DNA from: Candidatus Thorarchaeota archaeon
Lineage (GTDB): Archaea > Asgardarchaeota > Thorarchaeia > Thorarchaeales > Thorarchaeaceae
DNA: 32,000 nucleotides
Direction: 5' to 3'
Assembly: GCA_003345555.1 (NCBI GenBank)
Contig: PRDJ01000010.1
Span: 74,513-106,512 of the forward strand
The position numbers and the translations under genes are program-made. Below the pieces are notes generated by a model. It ran no database searches. It was not told the DNA's origin and worked only from the letters and a program-made list of their open reading frames with translations. This document shows, in pieces, positions 7,578-16,255 of this stretch; position 1 is the stretch's first letter; every line of letters starts with the position of its first letter.

Positions 7578-8073
7578 ACTCAAGAAGGACGCAATTCAAG
7601 CGGATGCGTGGAGGCCTACTCAGACGAGCGAGAAAAAGAACCCCGTGGAGCGCATGTTGAACCTAGCGCTCGCTACGTCACTCAATCAGTATCAGTTCTA
7701 TCTGGACGCATCATCCACCGTGCAGACCGACGAAATGAAGGAACTGCTGCTTTTTCTGGCAAAGTCTGAAGAAGCAATCATAGACAAGGTCGAATCTATG
7801 ATGTTCACGGGAATAGTCGATGCAGTGGAAGAAGCGCGCACAATTGAAGTGGAGGAACCCGATGAGACCCCCTTCGACCTCATGCGAGCAGAAGTGGACC
7901 CTCGGTTGTTTGTGTGCAACAGAGCATTGAAGATTGCATTGAGCGCGTACACTTTCTATTTGTCAATAGCTGCGAGGGCACACTCTCCGGTGATTAGTCG
8001 TCTCTTCCAGTATCTTGTCTTTTCAAAGGCTGAGCAAATCAAGATGATTCGGTCCGTGTGCGAATCGTTCTGA
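7570..8073 (+). CDS. rubrerythrin/ferritin-fold protein lacking canonical diiron ligands
   Basis: Two internal repeats, LALATSLNQYQFY...KELLLFLAKSEEAI and IALSAYTFY...SRLFQYLVFSKAEQI, mirror the rubrerythrin helix-pair pattern. The ATG overlaps the end of the PRTase gene. Confidence 0.6.
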   Translation: MCELKKDAIQADAWRPTQTSEKKNPVERMLNLALATSLNQYQFYLDASSTVQTDEMKELLLFLAKSEEAIIDKVESMMFTGIVDAVEEARTIEVEEPDETPFDLMRAEVDPRLFVCNRALKIALSAYTFYLSIAARAHSPVISRLFQYLVFSKAEQIKMIRSVCESF

Positions 8074-8225
8074 AAGCCTACGTGCACCACCCGACATTCC
8101 CCTTGTTTGCTGTCTGTTGGAACACGTGTTCCAACAACACCCCGTCTGCGGAGTCTCGAAAAGAAAGACTGAGGAAATAGATTTATATTCATTTGTTTAT
8201 TAGTCATAATGTAGTGTGTAGAAAG

Positions 8226-8693
8226 ATGGCGAAGACGGCTAATGGCTCGAAAGGCTCCACTGGAAACGGTGGGGTCCGGGTATGGAAACCAGAGCACCGG
8301 GTTGACGTGGAGATGGACAGCGAGACCCCTGTTTTCATTCCCCCCATCCATCTTGGTAGCTATCAAGAGTTCAGGAGATTCGCGAAGGGAGCGGCACTCG
8401 TGGTCTACACGCCGGAGTACTTCCATACACCGTTCTTCGCAGACAAGAAGAAGCTGCGTAGGGTCACATTCAGTGCAGTCGGTGTCAAGATCAAGGGTGT
8501 TGCGTTGATGTTCAAGTATGTTCTTGACTACGACAACCTCCCGGACAAGTCTGGAACATGGGACGAGCAGGTAGCAGACACTGATCGAGCCATCAAGGAA
8601 CTTGTGGCACGGCTTGAATCCGAGTGCGATATCGTGTGTGGAGCCATCGAGACCGAGCCTTCGTTGGGTGAGGAGCTGTTCATCCGCCCCTAG
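8226..8693 (+). CDS. hypothetical protein
   Basis: 155-aa open frame from ATG 8226 with an AT-rich promoter-like region upstream (TTTATATT about 8181-8188); no recognised motif. Confidence 0.65.
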   Translation: MAKTANGSKGSTGNGGVRVWKPEHRVDVEMDSETPVFIPPIHLGSYQEFRRFAKGAALVVYTPEYFHTPFFADKKKLRRVTFSAVGVKIKGVALMFKYVLDYDNLPDKSGTWDEQVADTDRAIKELVARLESECDIVCGAIETEPSLGEELFIRP

Positions 8694-8806
8694 TAACAGC
8701 CGTTTTCTGTCTAGCTGTCTCTGAGATATTGCGCAGGAAGAGACGTGGCAGGCCACAGACCGACAACGATATGAGGTTTTGAGCCAACAAGTGTATGCGA
8801 TAGCTT

Positions 8807-9328
8807 GTGACAGAGACCGAGCCGGCGGAAGGCGTCGTGCAGAGGATACTCAGGCAATACTCAGACCGACCCAGAGGTTGGAGGGTTCTGAGTACCCCAC
8901 GGGGAGAAATGATGGTAATCGGGCCTGAGTCGGCTTTTCAGCTCAAGCTTATTCCGTTGAACCCGTTTGAGTTCACAGGAGCAGGTGTAGAGATATCAAA
9001 CCAAGGCGCCGCAGTTGATGAGCTGAAGTCCGCACCCGAATTTGGATTCAGAGCTTTAAGCGAGGATGATGTGAAGCGTCTGTTTGACGCATTGAGCAAC
9101 CCCGGTAACAGCCGCTTCTCGGTGGAATCGATCATCAAGAGGGCACCAATGAGTCTCGATGATATGGATCGGGCACACGGTGGTCACTTTTTGAGCGGTC
9201 CAATCTTGACGAGACCAGATCTCGGGTCGCTTGGTCCTGACATTCTGAAGACTCAGGTTTCTTTGGACAGAGCAGCAGACGACCTGTTCCGGAAACGCTA
9301 CCCCCACCGGGCCGGAATGTTCGTGTAG
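8807..9328 (+). CDS. conserved archaeal hypothetical protein
   Basis: 173-aa ORF. GWRVL...QLKLIPLNPFEFTGAGV resembles an uncharacterised archaeal family (recollection only, not searched). Confidence 0.7.
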   Translation: MTETEPAEGVVQRILRQYSDRPRGWRVLSTPRGEMMVIGPESAFQLKLIPLNPFEFTGAGVEISNQGAAVDELKSAPEFGFRALSEDDVKRLFDALSNPGNSRFSVESIIKRAPMSLDDMDRAHGGHFLSGPILTRPDLGSLGPDILKTQVSLDRAADDLFRKRYPHRAGMFV

Positions 9329-9384
9329 GGTCTGGCCTTAGTCGACGGTTGTAGGATAGCAGAATCTACTAGCCATATGGGATT

Positions 9385-9461
9385 TGGTGGGTCGGACGAG
9401 ACTCGAACTCGTGACCACTGCACTGTCAATGCAGTATCATAGCCGCCTAGACTACCGACCC
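9385..9461 (-). tRNA. tRNA-Val(GAC), intron-less
   Basis: GGGTCGG/CCGACCC acceptor, CTGCA-TTGACAG-TGCAG, ACGAG-TTCGAGT-CTCGT, ACCA; 77 nt. Confidence 0.97.
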
Positions 9462-9488
9462 GTTCCTGTGTCGGACGACTGCAGTCGA

Positions 9489-9495
9489 TTAAAAA
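9489..9495 (-). promoter_or_regulatory. TATA box of tRNA-Val(GAC)
   Basis: TTTTTAA on the minus strand at -28 to -34. Confidence 0.5.
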
Positions 9496-9572
9496 CGTTA
9501 CGACATTGGATGCCTTTCTTTGACTTATGACTCAGTCTCAACGAGAGAACGGTCCTGTGATAATCGGTGATT

Positions 9573-10037
9573 TCAATGCCCGCTGCTCCCGAAACCCTTC
9601 TCTCCTCTCTCTGAAGGGGTAAGGGCTTCTGATTTCACCAGCTGCACGTCTGCCACGTGCCTGACGGCGAGCTGACAAATCCTCATTCCTTTTGTAATTC
9701 TGAACGTATCCGAACCGAGGTTCACCATTATTGACTTCACTTCGCCACGAAATCCGCTGTCGATGGTACCCGGAGCATTTAGAACAGTGACACCATATTG
9801 TAGAGCGAGTCCGCTTCTCGGTCTGATTTGTCCTTCATATCCTCGTGGTATTTCCACTGATATTCCAGTTGGCACCGCGATACGCTGTCCTGGTTGAAGG
9901 TCAATATCGATAGTAGAATAGAGATCGAAAGCCACGTCGCCTTCGTTAGCAAGAGATGGCATCTTGGCATCTGGAATCAGTAGCTTCACGCGTACTATCA
10001 CGGCTTCTTCTTTCACAGATGAGTTGTTCTTCATCAA
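9573..10037 (-). CDS. dut: trimeric dUTP diphosphatase
   Basis: All five motifs are present: AFDLY, RPRSGLA, GTIDSGFRGEV, RICQL and RGEKGFGSSG. Confidence 0.95.
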   Translation of the reverse strand: MMKNNSSVKEEAVIVRVKLLIPDAKMPSLANEGDVAFDLYSTIDIDLQPGQRIAVPTGISVEIPRGYEGQIRPRSGLALQYGVTVLNAPGTIDSGFRGEVKSIMVNLGSDTFRITKGMRICQLAVRHVADVQLVKSEALTPSERGEKGFGSSGH

Positions 10038-10070
10038 GAACTACTGGAACGAGCTGAATGAAAAAGGAGC

Positions 10071-10146
10071 TGGTGCAGACGGCCGGATTTGAACCAGCGA
10101 CAGCAGGATCTTCAGTCCTGCGCTCTCCCAACTAAGCTACGTCTGC
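10071..10146 (-). tRNA. tRNA-Phe(GAA), intron-less
   Basis: GCAGACG/CGTCTGC, CAGGA-CTGAAGA-TCCTG, GCTGG-TTCAAAT-CCGGC, ACCA; 76 nt. Confidence 0.97.
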
Positions 10147-10292
10147 ACTCGCTCTTCGTAGTGTATCGTACACCACGAGTCGGGAGTAACCGGCAAATCG
10201 TCTTTCCTCTGGTTTTTCGATATAAACATAGTGCAAGTCAGTCATAGGATTACACAACGGACAGCGGCAGTAGGGACTCTGCTGAAGTTGCT

Positions 10293-10811
10293 CTATCTGA
10301 TTTTCCGATTCACATAGCTGGCAACGATTGCCGTAATGATAGCGGCAGAGTTAACGGCCAGCGGATATGTGTATAGTGAGTCCACAAATGCCAGTCCCGC
10401 CAACCACGAGGGCAGATTCGTAATGTCAGATATTCCGAATGGCACAAAGTAGAACATCAAGAAGATTGATGTCATCAGCGCGACACCGACAAAGACCGGC
10501 ATATCCGAGGTTGACCTAGCGAACTCGGAGAGTCTGTTGATCCAGTTCAACTCGGCACGCTGTCTCTTTCTCACTTTCCTTTTTGAGACAATATTTGCCC
10601 AGCGATACATGGCCTCGGCCATCAGAATGTATGAACCCGCAAGGACTGTCATGGCTCCGAGAGCGATGATGAATTGGAGTTCCGCACTGAGGACTTCAGC
10701 ATAGGCCTGAGCGTGCCATATGACTGGCAACTGAGCCAGTCCGGCTATCCCGAGGAGCATCAGTATCAGACCCGGCTTGTTGCCACGTCTCCACCAGATT
10801 GCAAGGCTCAT
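10293..10811 (-). CDS. hypothetical membrane protein (about 4 TM helices)
   Basis: Four hydrophobic segments with a basic cytoplasmic loop (KRKVRKRQR). Confidence 0.7.
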   Translation of the reverse strand: MSLAIWWRRGNKPGLILMLLGIAGLAQLPVIWHAQAYAEVLSAELQFIIALGAMTVLAGSYILMAEAMYRWANIVSKRKVRKRQRAELNWINRLSEFARSTSDMPVFVGVALMTSIFLMFYFVPFGISDITNLPSWLAGLAFVDSLYTYPLAVNSAAIITAIVASYVNRKIR

Positions 10812-10903
10812 ATTGTTCTACCAGGTGCTTGAGTAGTTGGGTTCCGCAGCCCGATGTCCACTTTAAGCTTTTGGAGGAATAGGGAAGCATCAATGGTCTT
10901 AGG

Positions 10904-11494
10904 CTACTTCTTGATCCCTTCCAAATGGAACCAATATCCGTTGTCATCCTTCTTCGCGATATGGAAACCAGTCTGTTCCACAATGTCGCTGATTCTGTCC
11001 ATCGTCTGACCCTGATTTCCCTTGACTCCGTAGCCCGTTTGATAGACACTTCCGTCTGGCAGAGTATAGCGCATCCTCAGTACGAATCTTGCTTCACGAC
11101 AGATTATCTTGCTCGACATTATTGAGAGAGATCCCTTCTTCCTCAATACCCGAAGGACTTCACGGACAACTGCCCGTTTCATTTTCCAGTCTGCCATGTA
11201 ATCAAGTGAGAACCAAATCGCGGCAGTCTGGAAGACCGCGTTGCGAAAGGGTAGAGACTCTCCGTCAGAAGCAATCCACTGTGGGGCGGATTCATAGATT
11301 TGAGCCTCTCTGATTTCGCTCAGGTTGATGTCAATCGCACAGACTCTTGAGCCCTCTATTCTGGACACGATTCCCTCTCCTCCTCCACCGACGTCTAAGA
11401 CGAGCCCGGTGCTTCGCAGTCTCTCGAAAGCGATTTCCTGAAATGGCGTCTGGAAAGTTGAGTACTCGGCTCTCGGTGCGAAGGTCATAAGCAA
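10904..11494 (-). CDS. class I SAM-dependent methyltransferase
   Basis: VLDVGGGGEG motif I, AIDI motif II, DGESLPFRNAVF and EVLRVLRKKG. Confidence 0.88.
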   Translation of the reverse strand: MLMTFAPRAEYSTFQTPFQEIAFERLRSTGLVLDVGGGGEGIVSRIEGSRVCAIDINLSEIREAQIYESAPQWIASDGESLPFRNAVFQTAAIWFSLDYMADWKMKRAVVREVLRVLRKKGSLSIMSSKIICREARFVLRMRYTLPDGSVYQTGYGVKGNQGQTMDRISDIVEQTGFHIAKKDDNGYWFHLEGIKK

Positions 11495-11754
11495 GAGTAG
11501 TAAGGCTGCCAGTTAAAAACGACTGGTTCGGTTTGCGGACTGTGCCTGAACAATGAGCAAAGAGTCCTGCTATTTCTTTGGTGGCGGACACACCTACTTC
11601 TTATACATCCACAAGACTGATACACATGGAGGGTATTATGATTTGACCGTGCTCATAAGCTCGTAGTAGGCAATCGTATGCTAGTTCCGTGTCTCATTCG
11701 ATTGTCATCTGGGATGTTCATATCTTCAAACGCAAGATGGAGTTCTCCTGTGAA

Positions 11755-12213
11755 ATGCATGAAACAGCACGTGACATTGAATCGGATCTCGAAAAGATAG
11801 CGCTAGAGTTGAAAGGAAGAACGCTGAGGGTCTATTGGTATCTACTGAAGAACCCTGAGGAAGCGAGTCTACGTGATATACAGAAGGGCGCGGGTCTTTC
11901 AAGCCCAAGCCTGGCAACCTACCACCTTGACAAGCTGAAAAACCTTGGCCTTGTAAGTACCGACCAACATGGATTATACTCCTTAGAGAGAAATGTAAAG
12001 GTTGGTGTGCTTAGGTTCTTCGTGGGCTCTGGGAGATTGTTAGTTCCTCGCTATGTATTCTATGCAGTGTTTTACATCACGCTAGTTCTGTGCTATTTGG
12101 TGTTTCTCCCCTTCACAACAGGGCCAATCTCCCTGCTCCTTCTCTCTGTTCTGTGTTTTGGGGCGATTACCAGCTGTATTGAGAGTTTCAGGGCGTGGAG
12201 AATGGAAATCTGA
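11755..12213 (+). CDS. winged-HTH (ArsR-like) transcription regulator with two C-terminal TM helices
   Basis: LKGRTLRVYWYLL...SLRDIQKGAGLSSPSLATYHLDKLKNLGLV...GLY followed by two hydrophobic helices. The start could be 11737 or 11755. Confidence 0.85.
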   Translation: MHETARDIESDLEKIALELKGRTLRVYWYLLKNPEEASLRDIQKGAGLSSPSLATYHLDKLKNLGLVSTDQHGLYSLERNVKVGVLRFFVGSGRLLVPRYVFYAVFYITLVLCYLVFLPFTTGPISLLLLSVLCFGAITSCIESFRAWRMEI

Positions 12214-12294
12214 TTGGTTGAAAAAGTTAGAACGGCTCCACGGAAAGTTAGACGTATCTAGCAATGACACAATACATACACCGGGGTTGTGTTG

Positions 12295-13404
12295 ATGAGT
12301 ACTATGAATTACAGACCCGCACTATATGCCATCGCATCTGTTGCGGCTGCGATTATTCTATTCATTACTGCCCTTGTGACTGGTAGCTCAGGTTCATCTG
12401 TGAGAGTCTTGCCTGGGGTTTCTCTCATTGACTCACCTTTTGCAGAACTTGGCACAGATCCCCTCATAGCAATGGGGTCTTTGTTGTATCCCGCCAATTA
12501 CGAGATTGTAAACGAAAGGCCTTACATAATAAGAGTAGACTACCACGATGCCGATTCTGTAACTGAGCCAGAAGCCGAAGGTGCCGCCCAGCAGTTCATC
12601 AATGAAGTATTCACGAATGAATCCATTCAACAGCTTGAAGTTGACAGAAGATTGACACAATTGCGGGGCGCCCTTCCGAAATGGACAATCAATTTCAGGA
12701 ACAATACGTATTCGGTGCCAATACACATAGAAGCTAGTGTGACGGTGAATGCGCTTTCTGGAGAGATCATTGGGTACGCTGGTAGACCAATATTGTGCCA
12801 AGGAGAAGCGGACAATCAGTCTACTGCTGAGGGCTATGCAATAGCAGCAATGAAGGAAATGGGCTATCTCATACCTTCCAACTCACGAGTATTCAGCATG
12901 AACTGGACCGACCCGACAGCACAGAACGGCGTCACCTATCGTTTCAGATTCCAGGAGGTCTGCAATGATGCTATGATCGACACAAGGATAGGGACACTGA
13001 GTGTTGAGATAGATGCCGCTAGCGGTGGACTCCAATTCCTGTCATTCGAATGGATTCAGATGGATGAGATACCAGTTGAGGATGTCCTCTCCGTAGATAG
13101 GGTAGGTGATGACGCACTTCTTACGCTCGTTAGAGTATCTGAAGCCGATTTCGACGAAATTAGGCCGCAAGAGTTTCGTCTCTGCTGGGTGAGGCAGGAA
13201 GGAGATTCTGGAAGGACCCTTTTACTGGATGCATTTACTGGTGACTTAGTAGATGCACGAGAGAGCTTTGGTGTCACACATTCTCAGGATTATGCGACAT
13301 GGATTCTCCTCACACCCGTTCTTGTCTCGACCGTCCCTGCAGCATTATTCTCCCTTGGGACAAAGGAGCTTCTTCGTCGGCGAATGAAAACGCACGATAG
13401 ATAA
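12295..13404 (+). CDS. membrane-anchored extracellular protein with three PepSY/YcdB-like repeats
   Basis: N- and C-terminal TM helices, basic tail RRRMK, repeated hxhDAxSGEh motif (VTVNALSGEII, VEIDAASGGL, LLLDAFTGDLV) and N-glycosylation sequons NES, NNT, NQS, NWT. Confidence 0.7.
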   Translation: MSTMNYRPALYAIASVAAAIILFITALVTGSSGSSVRVLPGVSLIDSPFAELGTDPLIAMGSLLYPANYEIVNERPYIIRVDYHDADSVTEPEAEGAAQQFINEVFTNESIQQLEVDRRLTQLRGALPKWTINFRNNTYSVPIHIEASVTVNALSGEIIGYAGRPILCQGEADNQSTAEGYAIAAMKEMGYLIPSNSRVFSMNWTDPTAQNGVTYRFRFQEVCNDAMIDTRIGTLSVEIDAASGGLQFLSFEWIQMDEIPVEDVLSVDRVGDDALLTLVRVSEADFDEIRPQEFRLCWVRQEGDSGRTLLLDAFTGDLVDARESFGVTHSQDYATWILLTPVLVSTVPAALFSLGTKELLRRRMKTHDR

Positions 13405-13446
13405 TTGTCGTGGGTGACCTTTCGACTTGAATGACAGCCTGGGCGG

Positions 13447-14220
13447 GTGAAGGACGCCTTGAAGGGACTAATCGCTGAAGTCATCGCCGATTTTATGAAG
13501 ATGAACTGTAGGAAATCTAGATCCATCATCTTGGCGGGAAGCCGTGCCCTTGGAGAGGCTCAGAATGACAGTGATGTGGACCTTATAGTAGTGACATGCA
13601 ACATTGAGGACGCAAGGGACGTGAAGGAGAGTCTAACTAAACTGCAATCGGTTCTAGGCGATACTCCTATCGACTGCAAAGTCTGTACGGATAACGGATT
13701 TGTCGCTGCCAAGTCAGATTGTGAGCACTTATTCCTCTGGACCGTCATCAGTAATGGCAGTCTGCCCTGTGGGGAAGACATCAGAACTGACATCAAGCTG
13801 AATCCTCGATTGATTGCCGAACTTATGTGGCGACTGATTAAGAATCTAGATACGTCCTGCGATTTGCTCAGAGCAAGGAGCCATTTCACTGGCTGCTGCT
13901 GTTCAATCTACTACGCTCTGCTAACATCCTACTTCATTGAGCGATTTGTACTCCAGACCAACAAGAGCAATCAACGAAAACACGAGTTCATGCAAGCACG
14001 GTTGCAGAGCGTTCATGATGTTGTCAAGGAGAGATACAAGTGGGTTACGCATCACGTGCCCGATCTCGGGACTACGTCTCAAGTTAGGATACCGACAAGT
14101 GCTGATAGGAGATACTCCGCAACCGAGTATGTTGAGATTCTCAACACATGCGGGAGTGCCTGTGAATATCTCAAGAATGAGTATTCAAAGGTCACAAAGT
14201 GGGCAGAGCAGTTCATCTGA
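13447..14220 (+). CDS. minimal nucleotidyltransferase (Pol-beta family) fused to a helical HEPN-like domain
   Basis: IILAGSRALGEAQNDSDVDLIVV is the GS...DxD MNT motif; the C-terminal roughly 130 aa look helical (HEPN assignment is inferred). Confidence 0.75.
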   Translation: MKDALKGLIAEVIADFMKMNCRKSRSIILAGSRALGEAQNDSDVDLIVVTCNIEDARDVKESLTKLQSVLGDTPIDCKVCTDNGFVAAKSDCEHLFLWTVISNGSLPCGEDIRTDIKLNPRLIAELMWRLIKNLDTSCDLLRARSHFTGCCCSIYYALLTSYFIERFVLQTNKSNQRKHEFMQARLQSVHDVVKERYKWVTHHVPDLGTTSQVRIPTSADRRYSATEYVEILNTCGSACEYLKNEYSKVTKWAEQFI

Positions 14221-14408
14221 TACTTACGTGACGGAAGTAATACCGGCATCCTAGACAAGCCCAGTGCTTGACAGTCGCTTGAAAATGATTCCCTCAAGCG
14301 GTGTTCCGAAAGTGGGATTCTCCGTTTTCGATGAACCGTGCATAATGGCAGGACTTGACGCAACTGCTTGAATAAGACTGGTTCGGTCCCGTCACTATGC
14401 CTGAATGC

Positions 14409-14513
14409 TGGTGGACCGGGCGGGATTTTTGGGCCCGAAGCTGGAAGTCAGTTCCGGAGAACCCGTGACCTCTTCCATGCCAAGGAAGCGATCTACCACT
14501 GATCTACCGGCCC
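14409..14513 (-). tRNA. tRNA-Ala(GGC) with 30-nt T-loop intron at 56/57
   Basis: GGGCCGG/CCGGTCC acceptor with the G3.U70 Ala determinant, CTTCC-TTGGCAT-GGAAG, ACCA. Removing 14429-14458 restores T loop TTCAAAT (75 nt). Confidence 0.95.
14429..14458 (-). other. relaxed BHB tRNA intron (T-loop, 56/57)
   Basis: Central helix GGGT/GCCC, bulges TC|T and AA|A, inner helix CCGGA/TTCGG; no outer helix. Confidence 0.85.
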
Positions 14514-14523
14514 ACGCTGAGTT

Positions 14524-14712
14524 CTATCCTCGCACCCGAACCCCATATACATTCTTGTGGGCCCAGCTGTAACTTCGAATCCTCGTTGATGCTCCAAAGC
14601 CACAAGCTGCGCATCTATGGTGCGTAATGTGATAGGCTCTTCTACCACATCGCCTACACCTTATGTGGTGAGGGTTGTTAGCTTTTCCTTTTGACGGAGT
14701 GCCTTTCGTCAT
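14524..14712 (-). CDS. rpl37e: 50S ribosomal protein L37e
   Basis: [10 protein letters not shown]...[13 protein letters not shown]...CAACGFG. Confidence 0.97.
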   Translation of the reverse strand: MTKGTPSKGKANNPHHIRCRRCGRRAYHITHHRCAACGFGASTRIRSYSWAHKNVYGVRVRG

Positions 14713-14717
14713 GGGAT

Positions 14718-15005
14718 CTACTCCCCTTCAGAGTTCGACTGTGGAGCACCCGGGGGCGGCGATATGATGACCACATTGTCACCTCTTACAATGACAGTTT
14801 CGATTCGTTCAACCAACTCAGTGTTGGTTTCCGGGTCCACACCCATCTCATCTGCGTCTTCGAGGATGAGGTTCAAGTGCTGGTCGAATCCTCGCAATCG
14901 ACCCTTTATCTTCTTTCGCGCCTTGAGCTCGACTAGCACCTGGCCACCAATCGATCTCTGCAGAAGCTCCGTGGGTCTACTTGCATTCACTAGAATCACC
15001 GACAC
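14718..15005 (-). CDS. Sm-like archaeal protein SmAP1 (Lsm)
   Basis: VLVELK...[14 protein letters not shown] (Sm1) and [13 protein letters not shown] (Sm2); adjacent to L37e as is typical. Confidence 0.95.
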   Translation of the reverse strand: MSVILVNASRPTELLQRSIGGQVLVELKARKKIKGRLRGFDQHLNLILEDADEMGVDPETNTELVERIETVIVRGDNVVIISPPPGAPQSNSEGE

Positions 15006-15165
15006 AGAATAGGAGTCGCTGAAGCCTAGGCTAGCGACTTTCGAGCCATTCTCCAGGTTTCACTTAAAAACATGACGATGGAAGCTTGAGACAACAGGGT
15101 CTAACCTACTGATATCTAATTGTTCGGCGTCACAGAATTCAAAAGGCGCATCTCAAGACACATAC

Positions 15166-15681
15166 ATGATGCCGAAGATTGAACGTTTCAAGACGCGACA
15201 CCTTTTGAGAAAGAGGGAGCAGAAGGAGGAGCTCGAACGAATCGAGAAGCACTTGAGAGCGAAGATTACAGGTCTAAGCCCTGATATACAATTCGAGGAG
15301 GGCATTACAGACGATGGCTCTAGAGTGCTTTTACTGAATGGCACAATCGTTTTCTTTGAGTCAGAAGGGAAGTTGTTTCCTACTCTCCGCGCCCTACTTG
15401 ACGGCATAATCAGCATACCGAGGGTCGTAGTAGACATGGGTGCGGTGAAATACGTAACCAACGGGGCAGATATTATGCGGCCCGGAATAAGAAGTGTCGA
15501 TGATGGCATAGCCCAAGGCTCAGTCGTCGTTGTGGTTGACGAGCGTCATGGAAAGCCTCTGGCAGTGGGCGTCTCAACCATGAACACCGAGGGATTGCGT
15601 GCAGCATCAAGCGGCAAGGTCGTAATCTCGAAGCATCACGTAGGCGACGACCTGTGGGAGTTCGGAAAGAGTGTGGAATAG
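15166..15681 (+). CDS. DUF1947+PUA RNA-binding protein (MCT-1/MCTS1-like)
   Basis: FPTLRAL...VVVDMGAVKYVTNGADIMRPGI...HHVGDDLWE. Confidence 0.9.
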   Translation: MMPKIERFKTRHLLRKREQKEELERIEKHLRAKITGLSPDIQFEEGITDDGSRVLLLNGTIVFFESEGKLFPTLRALLDGIISIPRVVVDMGAVKYVTNGADIMRPGIRSVDDGIAQGSVVVVVDERHGKPLAVGVSTMNTEGLRAASSGKVVISKHHVGDDLWEFGKSVE

Positions 15682-15750
15682 ACCGACCTGATAATACTCG
15701 GGCTTTTCTTTTAACCGCTATATTCGGTTAGTGACGTTGAGGTGAACTGA

Positions 15751-16152
15751 GTGCGGATTTTCTTCAGACGGAAAGAATACCCTGAAGGCTCACCTGATGG
15801 CTGTTCTCCCGAGAGACATCATTCTCACCTGGGCATTTTCTCACCTGTCTCCAGTCCGTCTGAGTCAGAAGTTCTTCAAGACTTCAAGAAGCTTTGCGAG
15901 CTAGACGCCATATACATCAGATCAAAACGACTGGAGTCCTTGGATGACGTCCCTTTCGTCGTAAATGAGATTCGCGAAGGAACAATTGTCCTGCTTGACA
16001 TTTCGAGACTGAATGATGGCAAGGAACAAGGCCACTTGGAACTCAAGCGCATAATTGAACGAATCCGAGGGGAAACACGGGGTTTTGGCGCTGAGATAGC
16101 TCTCGTCAATGACAACTGCGTGATTGTGACTCCTTCATTTGTAAGATTCTGA
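15751..16152 (+). CDS. sepF: cell division protein SepF (archaeal)
   Basis: LESLDDVPFVVNEIREGTIVLLDI...ELKRIIERIR...GAEIALVNDNCVIVTP; amphipathic N-terminus MRIFFRRK. Confidence 0.8.
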   Translation: MRIFFRRKEYPEGSPDGCSPERHHSHLGIFSPVSSPSESEVLQDFKKLCELDAIYIRSKRLESLDDVPFVVNEIREGTIVLLDISRLNDGKEQGHLELKRIIERIRGETRGFGAEIALVNDNCVIVTPSFVRF

Positions 16153-16255
16153 GAAAGCACATCGGGCCATTAATTGGGTACCTAGTTTGGGTCCAGATGG
16201 CTTTGAATGGCATCAATATCCATGCCGCTAGCCGCTGCCTTTTGCTCACCCAATC

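Noticed and set aside
10293-14408. Integrated element at the tRNA-Ala 3' end
   Set aside because: I saw no integrase, transposase or direct repeat of the tRNA 3' end by eye; a repeat search would be needed to exclude it fully.
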